Below are positions 51,960-64,000 of a DNA stretch of 64,000 nt, piece after piece. The notes under the pieces were generated by a model. That model saw nothing but the letters and a program-made list of their open reading frames with translations. It did no database searches and was not told where the DNA came from. Origin of the DNA: Takakia lepidozioides (Eukaryota > Plantae > Bryophyta). The position numbers and the translations under genes are program-made. Within the stretch, counting starts at the first letter, position 1. Every line of letters starts with the position of its first letter. The stretch lies in NCBI GenBank assembly GCA_030704615.1, contig CM060731.1, positions 3,782,001-3,846,000 on the forward strand, written 5' to 3'.

Positions 51960-54373
51960 GTACTTAGTGGTTTCTGTACACACTATCTACCGTCTTCCTT
52001 TCTGGTTATTTCACTGCCAAGCTGTGTTACTAACAAAGATTCTTATGTACTGGTAGTTGTCCAGCATAGAACCTCTTTGGTGGGAAGGATGACGATCAAG
52101 CTTTCTTGGTATATCGGTCCCTGACCTCCACCAATTCCAGCAACGTTGGCTGCCATAAGTCACCCCAAAGGACTTCTTTCACCACCATGCAAGGGCTGGA
52201 TTCTGAAGTTCTGGAGGATTCTCCGACTCTAAACATCTTGGAGGACAACTGCAGACTGATTGAAACCCACGCCCATGGCAAGAAATTCATTACTCATGTG
52301 GCAAAACCTGCCCCCTTGGGATTCGTACACATGCTATACCCCAACCGAGGTATGGAATGGATAAGCCCTAAAAACATGATTAAGGAAGCAATGATTGCTC
52401 ATGGCCAACATGACCTTGCTCTCCTGGTTGATGAGATTGTATTTGGTTGGACCTATCATAAACAATGTAGTACTGAATTCTACCAGCCTGCTGTTGTGTT
52501 CCGTGATTTCAAATTCTTGCAAGATCTGATTATGTCACCAGAATGCATCTGTGACAGCACAAACAAGTTTCGTGCGTTTTGGTGATGAGGCTACCAAAAC
52601 AGAGTTCCATCTACATGGCTCTATACCCAAACAACATGTACGTACCATGGATCTTAACATCATCAGACATGAACGTTTGAAAGCAATGTTCAGCCTAGGT
52701 ATCAATCACATTCCTCTCAAACGCACATTGTTGAAGGATGTGGTTGAACAAGTCCACTCTACTTTTTTCATGACATGTAATATTCTACAAGTAGATACTT
52801 GTGAGGATTGGGTTTCACTCTGCAACTTATGGCTGAAAAAGTCATGCTGGGACAGACTGAAACAAAAAGCCAGCAGGCGTAACGGCCGTTTCAATCACCA
52901 TGAAAGAAATCCTTTTTTAGTGCAAGAAGCACGGGATGAACTAGCTTGGCTTCTTTCTCACCTGTACATGTCTGGACTTGACAAGGCTAACAACAATGTA
53001 TGTTTTATGTGTGTGAAGCACATAAGAACTCAAGCATACCACCGACTGATGGGTAAAGATTTCAAACCCTGTTATGAAAATGAGGTATGGCTTTCAACTG
53101 ATTCTGTATTGGTAAGCATTTCTGAAGATTTACAGAAGTTGCTACCTGAAATACCAACAATGGCATGTAACCTCCCCTACATGATGGGAATTTACAAACT
53201 ACACACAAAAGAAGACCGTTGGATTACCAATGCCACAATTGTATTTTCAGCGAACTTGCCTGTCTATTGACACGTGCCACCATGGACCTATTGCCTCTGG
53301 TAAAGGAATGGGTCAGGGCACGACTTGATACTTATGAGAATTTCTTCAAAGTGTCCACTTCCATGTACTAGATAATAGGCAGCATCTCTGATTTTACTCT
53401 GAATCTACCTACAAAGATCCATGACGTGTTTGTCGCTGACATCACTCAATGTTACGAAAACAAACCTTTGACAGGTGCAGATAATTTGGGTGTCGCCATT
53501 GAATACGTGGTTCAGATTGCCTTCCGGCAATACCACATTGCCCACCCTCGATCCAACCACTCACTATGGATTCCAGCCAGGAAAGACACCTTCGGGAAAT
53601 GTAGGTGGGGACCCTCCTCGCCTAAAACTAGTATGTGGATTGAGCTCTCCAAAGCTACATTGCTTGGGCTCCACAAGTGGTTGATGACTCACTGCTTTGT
53701 TGCTTTGGGAGATCGGGTTTGGCAACAAGTTTCTGGCATACCCATGGGTTTTTCATGTTCTCCTCTATGGTGTAACATTTACTTCATCCTCCGTCTGGCT
53801 GCTCTAGGACAGTTCCAGCTTATGGCTAAATTCAAATCAGCCTTCCGGTACATTGATGACATATGCTGGTTGAATGTTGGTGATGCTAAACTATTTCTTG
53901 ATCCTTCTACGGACAGAAATAGCTTAAACCCATGGTGGGTTTACCCACTCAATGTAGTGGAAATTAAAACGGAGTTATTAAGAACCAAGGATGATACACC
54001 TTACATTGGTCTGGAAGCTTGTTTTATGAATGTACAGATCAGTGCACTGGATCCCGATACTGGTTTATTTCAGTTCCGGAAATATGATAAGAGAAGGATG
54101 CTGCCTTTTTCTTACACACAGTACATCCAGTTCCTTTCTAACCGACCTGTTAATCAGTCTTACAATGTGGTGGTCTCCCAGGCTTTCCCTATTCTGTATA
54201 TTTCCAGCAGCACTGACTTTGCCTGGAATGAATGTTGTGTTCTTATCCAAACCCTTGGGAGGAATGGTTTCAAGACCAAGAAGCTGGTTTGAATCCTCAT
54301 TAAGTTCCTGGAACATGGCTCTTTTCCTGGTCTCCACTTCCCGCTACACGAACTAATCACCAAGCTCAGAGGT
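51960..54373 (+). mobile_element. Penelope-like element reverse transcriptase (Naiad/Chlamys-type by motif), pseudogenised; no GIY-YIG visible
   Basis: Motifs seen: CIC...HVRTMDLNII..ERLK..FSLG linker, DKANNNVCFMC, LPYMMGIYKLH, ADITQCYE, QVSGIPMGFSCSPLWCNIY, FRYIDD and YDKRR..PF..SNRP...YNVVVSQ. Frameshifts lie at ~52580 and ~53230, with in-frame stops at ~53370 and 54290. Confidence 0.82.
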
Positions 54374-55013
54374 ATAGGTATGAGGGGCTGAAGCACCCTT
54401 GAGTGCCCAAGGCACTCAAGGAGGCGGAGGCGCTCACTAGGTGGAGCCCCGCATACCGGGTTGGGCTCCACAAGGGGTGGTGTTAGCTTAGCGGGACTTA
54501 GTGGGGGTGGCGTAGGACTCACCCTGGGGCGGAGACCTCGTGGTGGAAGTCGTGGGGAGTCTTGGGACTCATCACGGTCCATAGGGGCCGTGGTGTGTGG
54601 GCCAAGACTCACCGTGACTCATCACCGGGGTCGTCGGGGTGTTCGTGGTGGTTCGCCATAAAATGGCATGGTTGTTTGTGAAACCCCCGCGGACAGCTAT
54701 AGAAGTATATATAGGGAGTAGTAACCCCGAAAACGGTGCAAGCCCGTTGGTGACCAAAAACTAGTGAGTAAGCGAGCGAGCCGGAAAGCGACCAAAGAGT
54801 GGGGAGCTGTTCCGGACTGCCAACTACCAAAGGGAATTCCGCTGGTTCCAAATCGTTGGAGGGTTCTTTGGGAGATCAAAAGGGGACCGTTATGCCCCGG
54901 TGAGCAACCGAAGCTCCAAGTTGGCCAGGCGGCCAGGTTGGGAGTTAGGCGCGCGCATCAAGCGAGTAACCATGACTTGAGGGGGGGAGCTTACCGAAGT
55001 GAGGTGCGCGACA
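54374..55013 (+). repeat. 5' LTR (only the 3' ~640 bp is retained)
   Basis: Matches 60609-61259 and ends GCGCGACA. Confidence 0.9.
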
Positions 55014-55015
55014 CT

Positions 55016-55027
55016 TGGTATTAGAGC
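55016..55027 (+). promoter_or_regulatory. Primer-binding site, initiator Met tRNA type
   Basis: TGGTATTAGAGC lies 2 nt after the 5' LTR (canonical TGGTATCAGAGC). Confidence 0.85.
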
Positions 55028-58000
55028 TTAGAGTTATCGTCCTTGGGTCTCATCATGGGGTCGGGCAAGCCAAAGCGAAAGCGGAACGGCCCAAAAGATG
55101 ATGATCCTGGTGAGCCCGACGGGGGCGACGTGTCACCGAGGCGGCCGTTTGAGGAAGCGATGCATGTTTCCGAAAACGAGGTCGCTCAAGAGCGGGAGGA
55201 ATCTGAGGAGTCGGAGCCTGAGGAATCCCTGAGAACTCCGACCGACCAATAGATGCCTCCCATGCCGGCAGCCTTTTGGGAAGGGTTGTTGGCGCAATTT
55301 GGCGAGACGTGAAAGACGTGTTGAAGGCGGCTAATGCCACTTCCACTAAGGCAAAGTTTAAGGTGAAGCCTAAGGAACCCGACACCTTCGAGGGCGTCCG
55401 AAATCGGAAGGCACTCAACACCTGGCTCTGCTAGAGCAGTACTTCCGGGCGGCCAAGTTGAGTGACGAGGATCGGGTGGAAGTGGCTCCCACCTATTTGA
55501 GGGGCTATGCTCAACAATGGTGGCAGAAACGCCTTCACGACCGAGGTCCAAGCCCGGAAACCTTGAACTGGAGTGCATTCAAGGAATTGATGAAAAGGCA
55601 GTTTGTGCCCCTCAACGCGTCCTGGCTCGCCCGAGACAAGATGAGGAATTTGAAGCAAATAGATGACATTCGGGGATATGTCCAGGCTTTCAATGTGCTG
55701 TTGCTCGAAGTCGCGGACATGGCAGAACCAGAAATGGTCTTCAACTTTGTGGCAGGACTGGCCCCATGGGCTAGGCGGAAGTTGGAGGAGAAGCCACCTA
55801 AGACTTTGAACGGGGCAATTGAGAGGGCTGAATGTTTCTCGGATGTCCCTAAGGGTGAAAGACAAGACCGTACGGAGCTGAACCACAAGAAGACCCGGCG
55901 GGAAGGTGACTCCTTCCGACCGGAAAAGAAGTGGGATAGGCCACGCGGCGACAATGGCACGTGGAAATCGAGGGAGGGCCTTCACAAGTCAAGGCGGCAC
56001 CCGGTGCTTCGAAAGGAAAAGCGGGTGGAGCGGCCTATGGCGGGCAGAAGACGACCTTTGATGGAGTGTGTTTCAATTGCGGGGAGCCCGGGCACATGGC
56101 CAAGAAGTGCACGAAGCCCCGGCAATTGAACATGACTCGGGCGACCACAGAGCTGTCGGAAGATACCATCAGTCGCTTGGTGGAAGCGGTCGCCAGGACT
56201 TGCAAGGTAGGCAAATTTTCTTGTGAGTTGTATCAAAAACTGGCGCCTTACGTAAAGGGAGTTAGTTATTGTTCGTGGATGGGATAATATCCGGAACTAA
56301 CGTGTCGTTGTTGGTGGACACAGGAGCGTCGCACTCCTTCATGACACCGGCAACGGCACAAAAGCTGGGACTCCCGACAAGTGACGTGGGGGCCTCTATT
56401 GAGGTGCGTTTGCCAAAGGAGAACCGCAATTGGCGACAAGGTTGGCGTTTGATGTTCCTCTTCAACTGAGGAGTTGGGAGGGACGTGAGAACTTCACCAT
56501 CTGCGAGATCGATGGAGTGGATTTCATTTTGGGGATGACATTTTTGAGCAAATCCGGAGCGGTCATAGATGGCCGCAAGAGAGTAGTCACGCTGCCATGT
56601 GGGAATGGTGGCGAGGTCTTACGAGTGTCGGAAACACCCAAATCCGTGGCAGGGCGAATAAACCTTTGTCATCAAGGGAGTGGGCCGTGGAGGAGGCACA
56701 CGAGCACCAGTTTTTGCTCTACATTAGAGAAGTGAAGGGAGAAGGCGATGGGGAGCCGAGCCCAGATTGGATCGAGGGGATTTTGGAGAAATACCAGGAT
56801 GTGATGCCGAAGGATTTACCAAGCGGCTTGCCACCGCAAAGAGGAGTTGACCACAAGATTGAGGTGATACCGGGATTGGAACCGCCTGCCAAGGCGCCCT
56901 ACCGGTTGAGCCACAGAGTTGGTCGAGCTGAAGACTCAGCTCAAAGATCTAATGTCAAAGGGGTACATCCGGCTGAGTAAGTCACCTTACGGAGCCCCAG
57001 TGCTATTCGCAGACAAGAAGGATGGGACGCTGCGGATGTGTGTCGATTACAGGGCTTTGAATAAGGTGACTATCAAAAACCAGTACCATTTGCCAAAGAT
57101 CGACGACTTTTTCGATTGGTTGGCACGAGCGAAGTATTTCAGCCGGATCGATCTGCGCTCCGGCTATCATCAAATTCGAGTGGCGGAAGGAGATGAGGAG
57201 AAGACCGCGTGCAGGACAAGGTATGGTTCATATGAGTTCTTGGTGATGCCTTTTGGACTCACCAACGCTCCCGCGACCTTTAGCACGCTGATGAACAGCC
57301 TTTTCAGGAGTGGTTGGATGACTTTGTGATCGTGTACATCGACGACATCTTGGTGTATTCGAAAACAAAGGAGGAGCACCTGGAACACCTCAAAAGGCCG
57401 TTCCAGAAATTGCGGGAAGGGAAGCTGTATGCCAAAGCTTCAAAGTGCGAATTCGGGGTCACAAAAGTGGAGTTCCTGGGGCATGTGATTACACATGATG
57501 GGATCAGAATGGTTGACAGGAAGGTGAGGGCAATCTTAGACTGGGAGCCTCCGACTTCGGTCCGGAGTGCGATCCTTCCTAGGACTCGCCTCCTATTACC
57601 GGAAGTATGTGAGAGAAATTTCGCCAAGATCGCGGGGGCCGCTGTCAGACCTTCTGTGTAAATCCAAAGTCTGGGCATGGAAACCTTTTGTGGCCAAGCT
57701 TTTGCTGAATTGAAGCAGCGCGATGGCGGAAGCTCCAGTCTTGAAAATCCGGAGTTCGTTCGATCGTCCGTTCGAGATTCATACAGATGCGTCGGACTTT
57801 GCGATTGGGGGTGTACCGATGCAAGATGGACGTCCAGTGGCTTACAAAAGTAATAAACTGAATGAAGTGGAGCGACGGTGGCCGACGCACGAGAAAAAGA
57901 TGAAAGGCGGTGCACTGTCTTGACCTCTGGCGCCACTATGTTGGTTCCAACCCAGTGAAGGTGTTCACAGACAATGTCACGGTGAAGTATTTTGCCACGC

Positions 58001-59654
58001 AGCCCAAGTTGTCCCCAAAAACAACTTAGGTGGCAAGGCAAGATATTTTGGCGGTGTTCGACGTGGATATCTAGTACAAACCGGGACGGGACAACGTGGT
58101 GGCCGATGCTTCAAGTAGAAAGCAGCAGCTATTGTTGGTGTACAGGGGCGAGATGGCGCTCCAAAGGAAGATCCGGAAGGCTTGCCGGAAGGCTTGCCGG
58201 AAGGATGAGCTGACAAAGTCCGTGATGCAGGACTTGAGGATGGGGGTTAAATCGCAGTTCCACTTGCAAAATGGACTGCTCCGGTATAAGCCAAAGCGTC
58301 TCTACGTGCCAAAGGGAGGGATCAGAGATAACCTCTTGAGAGAATGCCATGATAGCCCGCTTGCGGGCCACGGCGGAGCCAAGCGCACTGCGGCACTCTT
58401 GAAGAAAGAGTATTTCTGGCCCAAACTGAGGGAGGAGGCAGAGGAGTATGTCAAGACATGCACCACATGCCAACAAAATCAGAGCGAGTACAAAAAGCAA
58501 GCGGGGTTGTTACAACCCTTGCCGATTCCAGAGGGGACTTGGGAAAACGTCTCGATGGATTTCATGACTGCTATGCCGCTGTCAAAAGGATTCGATGCAA
58601 TCATGGTGGTGGTGGATAGGTTCAGTAAAATGGGCCATTTCATCTCCACCAAGGAGACAGCAACGGCGCAGGAAACAGGGCGAATTTACTTCGCCCACGT
58701 CTTAAAGCATCATGGAGTCCCCGAAGGATATTGTCTCAGACCGTGATCCAAAGTTTACGAGTAAATTTTGGAGGGCACTTTGGAAGAAGATGGGGACGAG
58801 GCTGAAGATGAGCACCGCCTTCCGAACTACGACCGACGGCCAAACGGAAAGAGTGAATTCTGTACTGAAGCAGATCTTGCGGAATTACGTGTCGGCAGAC
58901 CAAACAGACTGGGTGGAACACTTAGACGCGGCAGAGTTCTGTTATAATAACACAGAACACTCCGCAACGGAAGTTTCCCCTTTCGTATTGGTCTATGGAA
59001 AAGCACCTCTGGTGCCGACAAGTTGGGCCGCCCAGGACGTTGAGGAACCGGGAAGTAGCGGCGGTACTGGAAGAACGCGAGCGTTTTTGAAGCTCGCAAA
59101 GTACAAACATTGCCAAAGCTAGGAAACGGTATGAAAGGCAGGCGAATCAGAAGCGGAGGGAAGTGAAGTTTGAGGCAGGCACGGAGGTCTGGTTGAACAT
59201 CAAGAATTTCCGACTACCCCGGAAGTGAGTCCAAAGTTCGTACCTCGTATGCGGGACCCTTTCGCATCCGGAAGGTTATGAATGAGGATGTTTATGAATT
59301 GGAGCTGTCGGCAAACATCAAGGTGCATCCAGTATTCCACGTCTCCCTTTGAAGCCTTACTTCAAAGATGAAGCGCGTCCGAATTGGCATCAAGTGTTGC
59401 GTCCGCCACCTGTGCTGTTGGATCATGAAAATGAACCTGAGTACGAGGTGGAGGCAGTACTTAAGTCGAGGAGGTTCAAGAAACCAAACGCAGTATCTCG
59501 TCAAATGGAAGGGCTATCATCATGTGGAGGCATCTTGGGTGCGTGCCTCAGAAATGGGAAACGCATCCGAGGCGGTTGCAGTTTTCGAAAGGGCGACCCT
59601 CAAAAGCGGAAGAAGCGTTGATGAGGACATCAACCTTGGAGCGTGGGGAGGAAA

Positions 59655-61259
59655 TGCATGCTTAGCCCGGCTTAGCTAGTTTAGAATCCGATTGCAAAAA
59701 ACTTGTATTGTACAAAAAAAATTGTTATAAAGGAAATGGGTTCCAAATGTTGTGCGTCCTATTTTGTTTGGAATGATGATGCATGGTGTGGTTGGCTAGT
59801 GTGTAGAATGCATGCTAGCTTACAAAAGTGGGGAGAGGTAAATTGGGTTAATCGTGTGTTTGCGCAATGCCGAAATCGGGTGACTCCCATCCAAGGGGCA
59901 AGGAAACTTGCGCCTTCTTTAGGAGTTCACGTGCTAGTGCACACCTGGCGCGTGCGCATACTATAACTGCGCTACTGAGGGGGTTGCCTTGTAGTGCGGG
60001 CTAACGCAGAAGCTACGCGCTTCCGTTCACGTACTATAATCGTGTAGCCTCGGGACGAAGTCGTAGTGCGGCTTCGGCGTGTTCCGTACCTCAGGCCAGC
60101 ATTCAAGGCGGACCCAATTGTAGTGATTGGGGCGCGCGGTTGGTTCAAGGTTATCTTCCTAGTCAAAGAGGGTTCGAGGTAAACCCTTGCTCAAGGTGAT
60201 GCCAAAAAGCGGCATCATGAGCGGTTCGCAAGCAATGTTGTTGGCAGTAAGGCGATTCGATCCTCGGGGAGGATCGTTCCTTGGCCTTGAAGTAGGCCAA
60301 GAAGAGTGCACTGGGAGGAGCTTGAGAGGCTCCACGCTTGGCTGGGAGTTGGAGGAAGTCGGCCGAACTAGCTAGTGGAGAGTAGAGTCAAGTGTGGGGT
60401 TTGGTTCCTTGCCATGGGCCGCCGTGGTATGGAAACAAACTCCTTGATGTGGGATGCCACAACTTGGATGTTCGTTTCCACAAAATGGACAAGCCGATGA
60501 GGACATCGACTCCCTGTTGGTAGGGGTGTGTGTCGCGGCCCTTTGCCTTGAGGGCAGGGGGGTCGGGACACAAGAGGGGCTGCCCTTGTGGTGGGGGTAG
60601 TGGCAGCAATAGGTATGAGGGGCTAAAGCACCCTTGAGTGCCCAAGGCACTCAAGGAGGCGGAGGCGCTCACTAGGTGGAGCCCCGCACACCGGGTTGCG
60701 GTGGGGGGTGGCTCCACAAAGGGTGGTGGTAGCTTAGCGGGACTTAGTGGGGGTGGCGTAGGACTCACCCTGGGGCGGAGACCTCGTGGTGGGAGTCATG
60801 GGGAGTCTTGGGACTCATCACGGTCCATAGGGGCCGTGGTGTGTGGGCCAAGACTCACCGCGACTCATCACCGGGAGTCGAGGGTGTTCGTGGTGGTTCG
60901 CCATAAAATGGCCATGGTTGTTTGTGAAACCCCCGCGGACAGCTACAGAAGTATATATATGGAGTAGTAACCCCGAGAACGGTGCAAGCCCGTTGGTGAC
61001 CAAAAACTAGTGAGTAAGCGAGCGAGCCGGAAAGCGACCAAAGAGTGAGGAGCTGTTCCGGACTGCCAACTACCAAAGGGAATTCTGTTGGTTCCAAATC
61101 GTTGGAGGGTTCTTTGGGAGATCAAAAGGGGATCGTTATGCCCCGGTGAGCAGTCGAAGCTCCAAGTTGGCCCGGCGGCCAGATTGGGAGTTAGGCGCGC
61201 GCATCAAGTGAGTAACTATGACTTGAGGGGGGGAGCTTACCGAAGTGAGGTGCGCGACA
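59655..61259 (+). repeat. 3' LTR (~1.6 kb) preceded by a polypurine tract
   Basis: PPT GGGGAGGAAA at 59645-59654 is followed by TG. The LTR ends GCGCGACA at 61259. Confidence 0.8.
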
Positions 61260-61344
61260 ATAATGGACTGCCATACCAGGGGCTGGTTGGTGGGTGCCCC
61301 CTCTCTCCCTCTGTCTCCCTCCTCGGAATTGGCCGGTTGCATCA

Positions 61345-63930
61345 GTGTTCTTTTCATGATTTTCCATCTATACCAGATGGACTCTAAACAGTGTTTTCAC
61401 CCGCCTTATAAAGGTTTTCTATCTGTACCGGAAAAATCACCTGGGTGGACACTAAAATACCTCTAAAAAAGACCTATAATTTTTCATTCCTCTTTTATTT
61501 ACTTTCATCTATACCAGATGAGTCACCAGAGAATGACAAATTATCTCCGTAGGGGTTGTGACACTGGCATCCTATCTATAATTTTTCCATCAGGCCGGAT
61601 GAAAAATACCAGGATAATAATTCATGTTATTCCTCATTTATGTTTTTTTTCCGTACTGGATGAGGTTTTTTTTAAGGGGATGGTGAATTACCTGTTAGGA
61701 TGAGAAACCGCTGCCTTGGATGATATGTTTCATCCTACTGATGGACCTTCTCCAACTTGATGAACTTATTACCTTTTTTCATCTAAACCGGATGAAAAAT
61801 GCAGCTTATGATGACCCTGGAGAATTGTTTAATTACCCTTAATTATGGCTAATTAAGGAGTAAAACCCTAACCCCTACACTATAACCTATTGTTTAAACC
61901 TAGCTAACGGATGACATCCATCGGGTTTTTGAGTTAAAGGGTGTTGATTATTCATCCCCCCCAGATGAAAAATCAGGCTTTGCCCTAGGGTGTCTCTCCC
62001 GCCGTCAGTTGCACTCCTCGTGTTGCCGTGCTCGCGGGCTGAGAGTTATGGCGTCTGAGCTCTGTTGCTACCCTGTCTGTTGCTTTGTGCCCATGCCGGA
62101 CGAGCTCCTGGGGATGCGCAATGGCGGTGTCTTGTCTCTTCTCACAGGCGGGGACCCGTGTGATGGCATCATCTCTTTCCCTCCTCTGGCTTTTATGTTT
62201 CGCAGAGGCGCTTGGGTGGGGAAGTATATATCTCTCTCTCCCTTCTTAAACCTAGCATTTGTATGCTTCGCTTCTCCTTAGCTGTGCTGGAGGTGGCTTG
62301 CTGGTGGCGATGGCGCAATGTTACCTTCCCCAATTGCTCAAGGTGCTTTTGGTGATGAGGGTTCCTTTTAATCCATATCTTTCTCTCTTGTTTTTGGGGT
62401 TCTTAGTTGACATCGATGACAAGTGTAGGGGTCTGTGATTCACCTGGGGTTCCACAATCCTCACTAACCCATTGGTTTTTGTGGGGCTTGTGATGGACCA
62501 GGTGAGGATCCCTACCTACTTTGAATTCTCTTGAGTTTGCAGATAAGGATGTGGCAAAGGAACCAACTGCTGCTGCCTGCAGCCCCGTTTTCGGCCCACT
62601 TGCTCCCGGTTTGACATGATGATGCTTGCTTTTGACCTCTCTTTTGCTGCTGCTGATGGAGCATTTCGGCCTGGCAGCCCTGTCTTATGCAGCACAACAT
62701 GTGAATCCTACCCTATCTTGAATCTTTGACAGCTTTACCCGTGGATTTGTAGTCTAGGTTTCTTTTTTTTGGCCTTAAAGAGGATTGATGGTGTAAGGGT
62801 AAAGTCATCAGTGGCTGTTTGGCTCTAAGGATGAGGAGATCTGGTTTTTGTTAAAGAAGACAGCCTGATAAGGCAATGGCACGCCGTTTTTAGACCTGGA
62901 TTTGTTGTGGAATGGAGCATAGTGAGGTTCTATTTGCAAAACATGGCATTGGCCTCCTGTGAAATAGTGACGGTAAGCTCTAAAGGACTCTGGCCAGTGA
63001 TTATTTACTTTATTTTGCCATATGAACAGCCACCTGCATTGTATGATTTATCTTGGCCAAGAGACTTGGTCTTGGGCACTCAAATTGTATGTGTGTCCAT
63101 ATCTTGATGCTGTGACAGGGCAGACCTTTCTTCCATGCCAAAGTGCCTTATATGATGCATATCTTGGGGCAACTGTCCATGAGGTAGAATGTAGTTGCAA
63201 TCAGTCTTGTCATGCCCAAAGTGTTCACTTGGTTGCATATTTGGAGTCTGATTTACTGCAGGCTGGGCCAGCAAGAGTCCTATGTGCACAGGTCCTGAAT
63301 ATGTACAATGACAGGCTGTTCTTACATACCCAGAAGACCTTGCACGATGCATGCTTTGGGGTGCTTACATTTGACTAAATGTGAAGCTGCAATATGGCTT
63401 GCCATGCCCAAGAAATGTATTTGGTGGCAGGCCCGAAGTGTAATTAATTGCAGGCTGGTCCTTCCTGCTGCCGGTGTGAACACTCCCTGAATGTGTTGTA
63501 GGGCAAGCTGTTCTTACCTACTTTGCATAATGCTTGTCTTGGATCACCTCAAGGTACTTGTGTATACATATCTTGGATTTGTAATGTGACAAGATGTTCT
63601 TATATGCCCATGATATCTTGCATGGTGCATATCTTATGGATAACTATGGATGATGTAATCTGAGGCTGCAATCTAACTTATATTGTGCAAGAGGGTCACT
63701 TGGGTACATGACAGGAATTTGATTATGAACATACCCCGCCCTCCCACCCTGTTTTATCATGACTGATTGGTATGTTATGACAAGACTGGAAATGTTAGAT
63801 GGTGCCCTGTCATGGGGCTGTTTTTGTCTTTAATTGACAATGACCCTAGTTGGTCTTGTCCATGTCTTGACATGACATGAATATCTTCCATCTCTCTTAT
63901 TAACTTTTCTACCCCCTCTTTCCTTCTGTG
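61345..63930 (+). repeat. Unclassified repeat family, copy B (palindrome array, telobox, body, conserved 3' block)
   Basis: CATC-N5-7-GATG palindromes at 61361-61970 and AAACCCTA at ~61863. Homology blocks are shared with copy A and with 51740-51950. Confidence 0.6.
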
Positions 63931-63949
63931 GTTTTTTTTTTTTTTTTGT

Positions 63950-64000
63950 GAGCAGCACGAAAGAGAGGAAGATATTCATGTCATGTCAAGACATAGACAA
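63950..64000 (-). repeat. Another 3' end of the same unclassified family, tail-to-tail with copy B
   Basis: gaggaagatattcatgtcatgtcaagacat is the reverse complement of ~63862-63890. Confidence 0.75.

Larger units (their letters stand above)
54374..61259 (+). mobile_element. Ty3/gypsy chromovirus LTR retrotransposon, degenerate
   Basis: Domains occur in gypsy order: gag (retrotransposon gag, CFNCGEPGHMAKKC), protease LVDTGASHSF, RT ([15 protein letters not shown]), RNase H (HTDASDFAIGGV), integrase (CHDSPLAGH..CTTC, SMDF, SDRDPKF, DGQTER) and chromodomain (EYEVEAVL..YLVKWKGY..EASW). There are many frameshifts. Confidence 0.95.

Noticed and set aside
58173-58204. 12-bp tandem ccggaaggcttg in gypsy pol
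   Set aside because: This is an ordinary in-frame slippage duplication.

Overview
This window is eukaryotic nuclear DNA from a plant, probably a non-seed land plant (inferred from intron style, the DYW-PPR gene and the transposon content). The left half (0.8-31 kb) holds two convergent host genes. The first is a ~52-exon NUA/TPR nuclear-pore-anchor gene (+), whose introns carry antisense non-LTR 3' fragments and a CpG-rich foreign-looking insert. The second is an intronless PLS-E-DYW PPR RNA-editing factor (-). The right half (33-64 kb) is a nested transposon cluster. It contains an L1-type LINE cut just before its YADD motif by a CACTA/EnSpm element, and composite non-LTR/hairpin repeats. 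It also contains a decayed Penelope-like RT of Naiad/Chlamys type, a chromodomain Ty3/gypsy element with a truncated 5' LTR, and two inverted copies of an unclassified repeat with CATC-N7-GATG palindrome arrays. The most notable observation is an intact 215-aa SET-domain ORF inside the CACTA element, co-oriented with the transposase and occupying the place of a second ORF. It is a candidate transposon-encoded chromatin modifier or anti-silencing factor. All calls were made by eye, with no database searches.
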